From: Candidatus Thorarchaeota archaeon
GTDB lineage: Archaea > Asgardarchaeota > Thorarchaeia > Thorarchaeales > Thorarchaeaceae
DNA length: 64,000 nt
NCBI GenBank assembly: GCA_048884785.1
Contig: JBHLQM010000005.1
Coordinates: 25,333-89,332, forward strand
Direction: 5' to 3'
The position numbers and the translations under genes were made by a program. The notes under the pieces were generated by a model that saw nothing but the letters and a program-made list of their open reading frames with translations, was not told the origin of the DNA and ran no database searches. This document shows positions 49,661-56,831 of this stretch, in pieces (position 1 is the stretch's first letter; every line of letters begins with the position of its first letter).

Positions 49661-50416
49661 ATGGTTTCCATAGGTATCGAGATTATTCCAATTCAAGGGA
49701 TGCCACTTGTCGAAAAAGAAAATGACATTCCACGCCTGATACTCGATGCCATTCAGGTTAATGGTTTAGAGTTGGTAGCGAATGACATCATTGTAGTAGC
49801 ACACACTCTCGTTTCGAAAGCAGAAGGTCGGGTTTTGGACGGAACCAAAGTCAAGGCAAGTAAGAGAGCGATTAGGATTGCCAAAGAAAATGGCTTTGAT
49901 CCTGTCCAGGTCGAGATTGCGATTCAAGAAAGCAAATCTATTCTAAGAGAGAACAGAGCCCTGATAACACAACTCTCCAATGGACACATATGCAATTTCA
50001 GTGGCGTGGATAGGTCAAATGCCCCACTGGGGAGCTATATCTGTCTCCCAATTGATCCTGATGAGAGTGCCAAGAGAATTCAATCAGCACTCGAAAAGGC
50101 GACTGGAGTTACTCTTGCTGTGATTATCTCAGATACTGAGGGAAGACCATGGAGAAAAGGGGCTGTAAACCTCGCAATTGGATGCGCAGGTATCAATGCT
50201 TTCAAGTATAATCAAGGAAAACCTGACCTATACGGAAGAATCCTACAGCACTCTTTGGTATGTCAAATAGATGAGATTGCAGCCGCAGCAGAGTTAGTGA
50301 TGGGGCAAGCCAATGAAGGTATCCCTGTTGTAATTGTAAGGGGATATGAATACGAAAAGGGAACTGAACCAGCCAATGCGGTTCATAGACCGATGAATGA
50401 GAATCTATTCAAGTAG
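49661..50416 (+). CDS. cofE: Coenzyme F420-0:L-glutamate ligase
   Basis: VSKAEGR, GVDRSN, DPDESA, VIISDTEGRPWRKG, DLYGR, DEIAAAAELVMG; GAGGAG upstream of ATG at 49661. Confidence 0.93.
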   Translation: MVSIGIEIIPIQGMPLVEKENDIPRLILDAIQVNGLELVANDIIVVAHTLVSKAEGRVLDGTKVKASKRAIRIAKENGFDPVQVEIAIQESKSILRENRALITQLSNGHICNFSGVDRSNAPLGSYICLPIDPDESAKRIQSALEKATGVTLAVIISDTEGRPWRKGAVNLAIGCAGINAFKYNQGKPDLYGRILQHSLVCQIDEIAAAAELVMGQANEGIPVVIVRGYEYEKGTEPANAVHRPMNENLFK

Positions 50417-50431
50417 TACCAAAATATAGAG

Positions 50432-50461
50432 AAAGGAGTCCCATATCATGGGGACTCTTTC
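50432..50461. terminator. Hairpin between convergent genes
   Basis: AAAGGAGTCCC...GGGACTCTTT inverted repeat in the intergenic gap. Confidence 0.5.
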
Positions 50462-50482
50462 CTTGATTCGCGATTATTCACG

Positions 50483-51199
50483 TCATACTTGATTGCCACA
50501 TTTTCCGCAGAAGCGGTCTCCTGCATCAACAGGATTTCCACAGGTGGTACAAAACCTGCCGCTTCCGCCCTGTTCAGCACCACTTGGAGCTCCTCCTTCT
50601 ATTGGAGCACCACAGTTGGAGCAGCTTGATGCGCGTCCCGCGTTATGACCACAAAATGGACACTTTCCAGCACCCTGAGCTGCAGTGATATTGGCGATTA
50701 TTGAAGGTATGACCTTCTTTTGCTTGAACTTGAACTGCATATTTCCTCCGGATTTCAACTCAACGACGAGTCTGTCTCCGCTTTGAGCAGCTTGACTAAT
50801 AGCAAGTAGAGGGATAGCAATGCTCTCAGTATTCCCATTCTTATCTTTATTATAATAAGAATCACGAGACCATGATGTGATGGCCGCCCCAACCGCCGCA
50901 TAGGTGATTCCTCTACCCACGCCGCGTAGAGCTCTTCCGCCAATTCCACCAACGCTATCGCCAATTGCACCAACTGCCACTCCTGCGGCTATGGCGCCTG
51001 CAACCGCACCAAACTTCTTTGCCGCACCCCACTTTGATGGACTCTTTATCCAGACAAGTCGAATGTCTGTCAGCTCAAATGATCCGTCTTCATTGTCAAA
51101 ATCGACATCTTTCTCACGAACCATCTTCTTCTCGTAGCCAAGTGTGTCTAATCCAGATCCAGAATAAGTAACTGTAAGAAAGGATGGTCTTTCTCCCAT
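50483..51199 (-). CDS. PH/GRAM-like domain with glycine-rich insert plus C-terminal zinc ribbons
   Basis: GSFELTDIRLVW...[G/A-rich segment]...IAIPLLAI...LVVELKSG; CPFCG/CSNCG and CTTCG/CGKCG. Confidence 0.6.
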   Translation of the reverse strand: MGERPSFLTVTYSGSGLDTLGYEKKMVREKDVDFDNEDGSFELTDIRLVWIKSPSKWGAAKKFGAVAGAIAAGVAVGAIGDSVGGIGGRALRGVGRGITYAAVGAAITSWSRDSYYNKDKNGNTESIAIPLLAISQAAQSGDRLVVELKSGGNMQFKFKQKKVIPSIIANITAAQGAGKCPFCGHNAGRASSCSNCGAPIEGGAPSGAEQGGSGRFCTTCGNPVDAGDRFCGKCGNQV

Positions 51200-51293
51200 T
51201 GATTAACACCACTCGTAAGGTATTCTGGATGCGTATTAATATTACTACTCTCTATTAAGGGAAAAAAGGAGAGAGATGGAAGATTAGGAGCTC

Positions 51294-52742
51294 TCACTCC
51301 TCAACTACTACCATCTCGGTCACCTGCGCCTTCTTTTCCAAATTATCCGCAAGTGGTTTTGGATGGCTCAGACCCTTGGCTATCATGGCTACTCCCGCAA
51401 GGGAGATGATGGCACAGAGTATCATTGTCAATGGGAATCCTGCCGCAGGAATGAGCCACCCAAATGTAGCAATCATCGGCATTGCAAATAGAATGCCGAT
51501 GGTTGGAGATAGAGAATACATACTGTTTCTGATCTTATTTGGAATCACGTCGAGTAATTCACGTTGTGTCAATATCTCGGCGAAACCTCCAAAGAAGCCT
51601 GAGGAAATGAATGTGATCGCCATCAGCAGTATTGGAAGAATGCTATTCGCAGGTAGCTGCATGATGGCGATCTGAGTGTACGGAATAGTCAGTATAACCA
51701 TATCAACCCCGACGCTTGCTGGTGGGAAGAAATACATAATGGCTGCAAATGCCATGTAGAAGACAAAGCCAGTTCCCTGAAGAAATCTGAATCTTGGGAT
51801 CCACTTCTTAGGTTCAAACCTTCGCGACCAAACACCACTACGCTCAGTCTGAAAAATCCCTGGTACAAAGAGAATGGTTCTGAAACTTGATACAGCTACA
51901 TCTGTAATTAGGTAGCTGAAGTACATTGGAAATAGGATGAGCTCGCTCCAGACCATGCCAACACTCATCACTAGACAGCCACCCAGTATGATATAGGTGA
52001 CATACTTGTCACTGAAGAGGAAACGGAGACCCTGTTTCAGAATAGCAGTGTATTCGTTCATAGAGGGTTTTTCTTGACGAGTCTCGCGGACTTCAGGAAA
52101 ATCCTTTACCACTCTCAAGACAACAATTGCAATCATCACACACATAACGGCTTGAAACTGAAATACCCAGGAGCGTCCCAAAGCGACAGCAAGTATGCTG
52201 CCAGGAATGAGCACAAGCGTTGCTATAATCTGAAATAACATGCCAACCTTGCCCCAAAACACTCCGTATGCCTTTCGGTCCTTATCACCGGGCATAGCTG
52301 CTCTGTAGTTGTTGTCAAACCAAGCCATGAAGGCGCCGCTCAATTGAGAATTGGCAAACCCCATCATAATGAAGACAATTAGAATATACCAAACGGGGGT
52401 GCTAATACTGATCACCGAAATCATGAAGAATGAAGCAGCGAATGACAAGAAAGATGATGCAATAATATACCGATGTCCGAGATAGTCACCAAGGGCGGCT
52501 GTTGGATAATCAAAGAGGGTTTGAATCGCCATCTGGATAACAATGAGAATACCCATCAAGCTTAGACCTGTAATGAAATCTCCGCCGCCGGCCCACTCTG
52601 CAATGAATATCATGAAGAATGTTGTGCTCAGATTGATTGTTGCAGAGACAATCGGCAGAAGGATTGTGAGAATCTTGCTGAGCTGGAAGATCTTGTCATT
52701 AGCCTCTGCTAGGCCGAAGAACGTCGCAATTCTGCTCATCAT
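51294..52742 (-). CDS. MFS transporter (paralog 1)
   Basis: About 12 TM segments, DYPTAALGDYLGHR (motif A), IPNKIR. Confidence 0.9.
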   Translation of the reverse strand: MMSRIATFFGLAEANDKIFQLSKILTILLPIVSATINLSTTFFMIFIAEWAGGGDFITGLSLMGILIVIQMAIQTLFDYPTAALGDYLGHRYIIASSFLSFAASFFMISVISISTPVWYILIVFIMMGFANSQLSGAFMAWFDNNYRAAMPGDKDRKAYGVFWGKVGMLFQIIATLVLIPGSILAVALGRSWVFQFQAVMCVMIAIVVLRVVKDFPEVRETRQEKPSMNEYTAILKQGLRFLFSDKYVTYIILGGCLVMSVGMVWSELILFPMYFSYLITDVAVSSFRTILFVPGIFQTERSGVWSRRFEPKKWIPRFRFLQGTGFVFYMAFAAIMYFFPPASVGVDMVILTIPYTQIAIMQLPANSILPILLMAITFISSGFFGGFAEILTQRELLDVIPNKIRNSMYSLSPTIGILFAMPMIATFGWLIPAAGFPLTMILCAIISLAGVAMIAKGLSHPKPLADNLEKKAQVTEMVVVEE

Positions 52743-52960
52743 GCCAGTCTCCAGTGATATCTGTACACTTTTACCACAGGATCGTTGCTCTGTGCATAGT
52801 TGATTTCACAAGAGTCTGCTTTGCTGCTGACTTCGGAGTTAGTGTATTTCATTTCATTCGCCTCATTCATACAAAGGCTGGTCACAGTATATGGTAGTAG
52901 TGAGCTTCTGTGACCACTCAGGTGACCAGTAACAATGACAGGCTTCACGACGCGATTCAT
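52739..52960 (-). CDS. 73-aa small protein containing the VSSKA motif, translationally coupled to the MFS gene
   Basis: Starts 5 nt after the 29-aa ORF stop; its TGA overlaps the MFS ATG; NSEVSSKA motif. Confidence 0.5.
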   Translation of the reverse strand: MNRVVKPVIVTGHLSGHRSSLLPYTVTSLCMNEANEMKYTNSEVSSKADSCEINYAQSNDPVVKVYRYHWRLA

Positions 52961-52965
52961 GCTGA

Positions 52966-53055
52966 CTACCTTCTGAAGTAGACTTGGGCAATGGCTTTCG
53001 TAGAAACCAGAGCATTGGATTTCGGGTAAGTCCTTGATAGCTTTGCGAGCGCCAT
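52966..53055 (-). CDS. 29-aa cationic peptide MALAKLSRTYPKSNALVSTKAIAQVYFRR
   Basis: Hand-translated; SD-like GAGGT 8 nt upstream; clearly similar to the adjacent 33-aa ORF. Confidence 0.7.
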   Translation of the reverse strand: MALAKLSRTYPKSNALVSTKAIAQVYFRR

Positions 53056-53061
53056 CTTAGA

Positions 53062-53163
53062 TTACCTCATAACAGTCGCATAGGCGTAGCCTACTGCCTT
53101 GGTCGAAACGACCTGTCTGTTCTTCTTCACGAGTTCAGTTCGGGTATTAGTTGCTAGAGCCAT
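53062..53163 (-). CDS. 33-aa cationic peptide MALATNTRTELVKKNRQVVSTKAVGYAYATVMR
   Basis: Hand-translated; TATA box ~33 nt upstream; paralog of the 29-aa ORF. Confidence 0.7.
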   Translation of the reverse strand: MALATNTRTELVKKNRQVVSTKAVGYAYATVMR

Positions 53164-53195
53164 GATATTTCACAAGAGATTCCCCTCAGATTTGG

Positions 53196-53240
53196 TATAT
53201 ATAGGGGAGCCACATTTTGGGGTCACAGAATAAGGTCACA
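53196..53240 (-). promoter_or_regulatory. TATA box plus three 13-bp-spaced RGYCACA repeats for the peptide-MFS operon
   Basis: TATATATA at 53196-53203; AGCCACA at 53208, GGTCACA at 53221 and 53234. Confidence 0.55.
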
Positions 53241-53288
53241 ATATGTTACTAGCTAGAAGCATATTGCTACCCTATTCTGTCCACCACT

Positions 53289-54761
53289 CTACTCCTGAGC
53301 TGCCTCAATTGAGATTGCTTGGTGCGTTTGAATGGCAGGAATCTCTGCAGCTGCTGTTCGCTCAGATGGCTTTGGCTGTGAGAGGCCCTTCCTTATTATT
53401 TGCACACCAAAGAAGCTGATTATACCTACTACGACAAGTGTTAGTGGGAATCCAGCGATCGGTATGAGCCAACCGAAGAGGGCAATCTGGGGAATGGCAA
53501 ATATCATCGCAATGGTTGGCTGTAATGAATACATGCCATTGCGGATATCATTAGGGATTACATCAAGCATCTCTCGCTGTGTCAGAATCTCAGCGCAAGA
53601 AGCAGCAAGCATTGTAAAGGTGAAGGTCGCCGCAATTAGGACGATAGGTAGCACCGATTGCACAGGTATTGACATGAATACTGTCTCCGTGAATGGAAGG
53701 ACAAGCTCAATGGCCGGAACGGCTGCTGAAGATGGAGGGGGGAAGAAAAACATGATTGCTGCAAATATAATGTAGAATGCAAATCCTCCAGCCTGAAGCA
53801 GTCTGAAACGTGGGATCCACTTTTTGGGTTCGAATTTTCTTGACCAGATACCTGATCGCTCCTGTGTTACGACTCCGGGTATGAAGAGACCGGTTCTATA
53901 CGTAGAAACCGCCACATCAGTTAGTAGGTAGCTGAAATACATCGGGAAGAGCACCAGGTTTCCCCACACCATCACCGTGCTTGCCACAAGCATGCTACCA
54001 ATCACTACATTCTTGACCCAGGGCTCACCCAAGAGATATGATACTCCACCTTTCAAAAGACCGGCATATTCACTTGCTGAAGGTCTCTGATTTCTTGTCT
54101 TTGCCTCTGCCACTTCTGGAAGGTCCCTTACCACACGCAGGACTATGATAGCAATAGCAATACAGAGGATTGCTTGAAGTTGGAACACCCAGGCCCGCCC
54201 TAATATCGCTGCAATAACAGCGCCGGGGATTAGAGAAAGCGTAGCTGCAATCTGAAACATCATTCCAACACGAGCCTGAAATAATCCATATTGTTTCCTG
54301 TCCGCATCTGCAGGAACTGCAACCCTGTAGTTGTTGTCAAACCAGGTTGCCAGTGTTCCGCTCTGTTGAGACTGAGCAAATCCCATCAAAGCATAGATTA
54401 CCACCAAGAGTGAGAGCGGAGATGAGAATGTCACCAGAGAAACGAGGAAGAATGTAATGCCATATGTGATAAATGCTGAAGCTAGAACAAACCTCTGTCC
54501 TACCAAATCAGCCAATGCTCCAGTTGGATAATCTAGTGCAGTTGAAACAATCAATTGTAAAACAACAAGACTTCCAACAATCCCCAGACCTTGTATATAG
54601 CTGCCACCTCCAACAGCTTCTGCAACAAAGATCATGAAGAAAGTGCTACTTATCATCAATGTGAGTGAGAAGATTGGCATGAGAACTGTCATGATTCTTG
54701 CCAAACGCAAGACATTATCATTCGAGTCCGCAAGACCGAAGAATCGTTTTGAGACCTCCAT
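53289..54761 (-). CDS. MFS transporter (paralog 2)
   Basis: DYPTGALADLVGQR; long blocks shared with paralog 1. ATG at 54761 (MEVSKRFFGLA) aligns with the paralog's start. Confidence 0.9.
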   Translation of the reverse strand: MEVSKRFFGLADSNDNVLRLARIMTVLMPIFSLTLMISSTFFMIFVAEAVGGGSYIQGLGIVGSLVVLQLIVSTALDYPTGALADLVGQRFVLASAFITYGITFFLVSLVTFSSPLSLLVVIYALMGFAQSQQSGTLATWFDNNYRVAVPADADRKQYGLFQARVGMMFQIAATLSLIPGAVIAAILGRAWVFQLQAILCIAIAIIVLRVVRDLPEVAEAKTRNQRPSASEYAGLLKGGVSYLLGEPWVKNVVIGSMLVASTVMVWGNLVLFPMYFSYLLTDVAVSTYRTGLFIPGVVTQERSGIWSRKFEPKKWIPRFRLLQAGGFAFYIIFAAIMFFFPPPSSAAVPAIELVLPFTETVFMSIPVQSVLPIVLIAATFTFTMLAASCAEILTQREMLDVIPNDIRNGMYSLQPTIAMIFAIPQIALFGWLIPIAGFPLTLVVVGIISFFGVQIIRKGLSQPKPSERTAAAEIPAIQTHQAISIEAAQE

Positions 54762-54852
54762 AGTTATTGCCTCGACACCACCCACAAGATAGTCTTATGT
54801 ATATAAAGTTTGTGTGACAAACCATTTATTGCTATTATGTTTATTATACAAT

Positions 54853-54869
54853 GGTTTATGATATAAACC
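54853..54869. promoter_or_regulatory. 7-3-7 palindrome in the divergent MFS/hbd promoter region
   Basis: GGTTTAT-GAT-ATAAACC. Confidence 0.4.
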
Positions 54870-54994
54870 TAGTTCGTTACAAACTAATTTAATGCAGTTT
54901 AGCGGTTTCCTGAAGGGTTACACGAATGTCCGTCAAACATATTACGAGGCTAGATGCGACGGTATTCCAGAGATTAACACATTCAGAGGAGAAA

Positions 54995-55879
54995 ATGATG
55001 GAAATCAGAAAGGTAGCGGTACTGGGTGCGGGACTAATGGGCAATGGTATTGCTCAGGTCTGCGCTCAAGCGGGCTATGAGGTGAAAATGAGGGATATTG
55101 ATCAAAAGTTCATTGACAAGGGTCAAGCAACTATCAAGAAGAACATCGAAAGATCGGTTCAGAAGGAACGGATCACTCAAGCCGAGGCGGACTCTATTCT
55201 CGGTAGGATCCATGGTGTACTTGACTTGAAAGACGCTGTAAAAGACGCGGATTTGGTCATTGAAGCGATACCAGAAATCGTCAAGCTGAAACTTGATACT
55301 TGGAAGGATGTTGAAGAAGCATCGCCCAAGCACACAATCTTTGCGTCCAATACATCAAGCATCAGCATCACTCAAATGGCGGCCGCAACAAAGAGGCCAG
55401 AGAAATTCATTGGAATGCATTTCTTTAACCCGGTGCCTGTAATGGGGTTGGTTGAAATCATCAAGGGTCAGGCAACAACTGATGAAACGGTGAAGATAAT
55501 TGAAGATATATCGCACAAAGTTGGAAAGGAAACGGTTCTGGTGAATGAGGCACCAGGTTTTGCCGTTAATCGAGTGCTCTTGCCTGCGATGAATGAAGCC
55601 ATATTTGCAATTCAGGAAGGGATAGCAACAGTAGAAGATATGGATCTGGCAATAAAGCTCGGTCTCAACTGGCCAATGGGTCCACTGACCCTAGCAGATT
55701 TTGTTGGACTCGATACTATGCTCTACATCGCGGATTATTTTGTTGAAGAATTCAAGGATAGCAAATACAGAGCTCCTGCGCTTCTCAGGAAGATGGTTCG
55801 CGCTGGATGGACAGGACGGAAGTCCGGAAAAGGATTCTATGATTATTCAGGAGAGAAACCTATACCAAATCGTTTCTAG
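54995..55879 (+). CDS. hbd: 3-hydroxybutyryl-CoA / 3-hydroxyacyl-CoA dehydrogenase
   Basis: GAGLMGNGIA, IEAIPE, ASNTSS, GMHFFNP, PMGPL, GRKSGKGFY. Confidence 0.93.
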   Translation: MMEIRKVAVLGAGLMGNGIAQVCAQAGYEVKMRDIDQKFIDKGQATIKKNIERSVQKERITQAEADSILGRIHGVLDLKDAVKDADLVIEAIPEIVKLKLDTWKDVEEASPKHTIFASNTSSISITQMAAATKRPEKFIGMHFFNPVPVMGLVEIIKGQATTDETVKIIEDISHKVGKETVLVNEAPGFAVNRVLLPAMNEAIFAIQEGIATVEDMDLAIKLGLNWPMGPLTLADFVGLDTMLYIADYFVEEFKDSKYRAPALLRKMVRAGWTGRKSGKGFYDYSGEKPIPNRF

Positions 55880-55979
55880 TGTGGCATTCTAGGGATGACC
55901 CTGTTCTATCGGGGCACCCCTAGTAAGCAATTACCCAATTATCGAGCGAAGCTTAATAGCGCCAATTCCGAAATGGATA

Positions 55980-56831
55980 ATGATTCAAATGAGATTTGAG
56001 GAGAGCCACTACACTGGTTTCGATGGAACACGGATGCACATGTCAATTTGGCACCCGTCAAATGAAAATCCTCGTGCGATCCTAATTGCCATTCATGGGT
56101 TGGGAAGTCATGGGTACACAATGAAGAACATTGGAGAATATTTTTCCGAGAGGGGGTTTGCTGTTTTTGCTCCGGATATGAGAGGATTCGGACACTATTC
56201 AGAATTGAAAGGGCATGTCATGAGCTTTGATGAGTTCATTGAAGACATGTATAACATTGTCATGCAAGTGAAGGACAGATATCTGAACAAACTGACCTTT
56301 CTCTTGGGCCATTCGCTGGGAGGGCAGCATGTGATTCGTTATCTAGCAACTTATCCAAGAGACGTCGATGGTATTATACTAGCATGCCCTGCGGTTTCTG
56401 AAAATCTTGACATCGGAATTGGCAAATATATTGCTGGTAGAATCCTTTCAATATTCAATGTAAAGAGATACTTCCTAACTGGGATACAACTGGAATATAG
56501 CACTCACGATAAAGATGCGGTCAGAGAACAAGAAAACGACCTCCTCAGACAAGAGGCCGTAACAGCAAGATTTGGGATTGAAGGGTTAAGGGCTGCGAAA
56601 AAAGCATTGAAATGCGCACCAGATATAAAACTTCCAGCACTCGTACTACAAGCGGAAATTGACAAAATGGTAAAAGCAGAGAAGACAAAGGAGTTCTTCG
56701 ATTCCTTGGGCTCTGCTGATAAAACTTGGATATTATACGAGAATTTCTATCATTCGCTCCATTTGGAATTAGAAAAGAATAGAGTCTTTAGAGACATTGA
56801 GAACTGGTTCGAGAAACGTCTTCCGACCTAA
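55980..56831 (+). CDS. Alpha/beta hydrolase (lysophospholipase / monoacylglycerol lipase-like)
   Basis: HGLG, DMRGFGH, GHSLGG, catalytic His in YHSL. Confidence 0.9.
   Translation: MIQMRFEESHYTGFDGTRMHMSIWHPSNENPRAILIAIHGLGSHGYTMKNIGEYFSERGFAVFAPDMRGFGHYSELKGHVMSFDEFIEDMYNIVMQVKDRYLNKLTFLLGHSLGGQHVIRYLATYPRDVDGIILACPAVSENLDIGIGKYIAGRILSIFNVKRYFLTGIQLEYSTHDKDAVREQENDLLRQEAVTARFGIEGLRAAKKALKCAPDIKLPALVLQAEIDKMVKAEKTKEFFDSLGSADKTWILYENFYHSLHLELEKNRVFRDIENWFEKRLPT

Noticed and set aside
52739-53163. Classical RiPP biosynthetic cluster
   Set aside because: No radical SAM, YcaO, lanthionine synthetase or dedicated peptidase-transporter nearby; kept only as an unmodified-peptide or uORF hypothesis.
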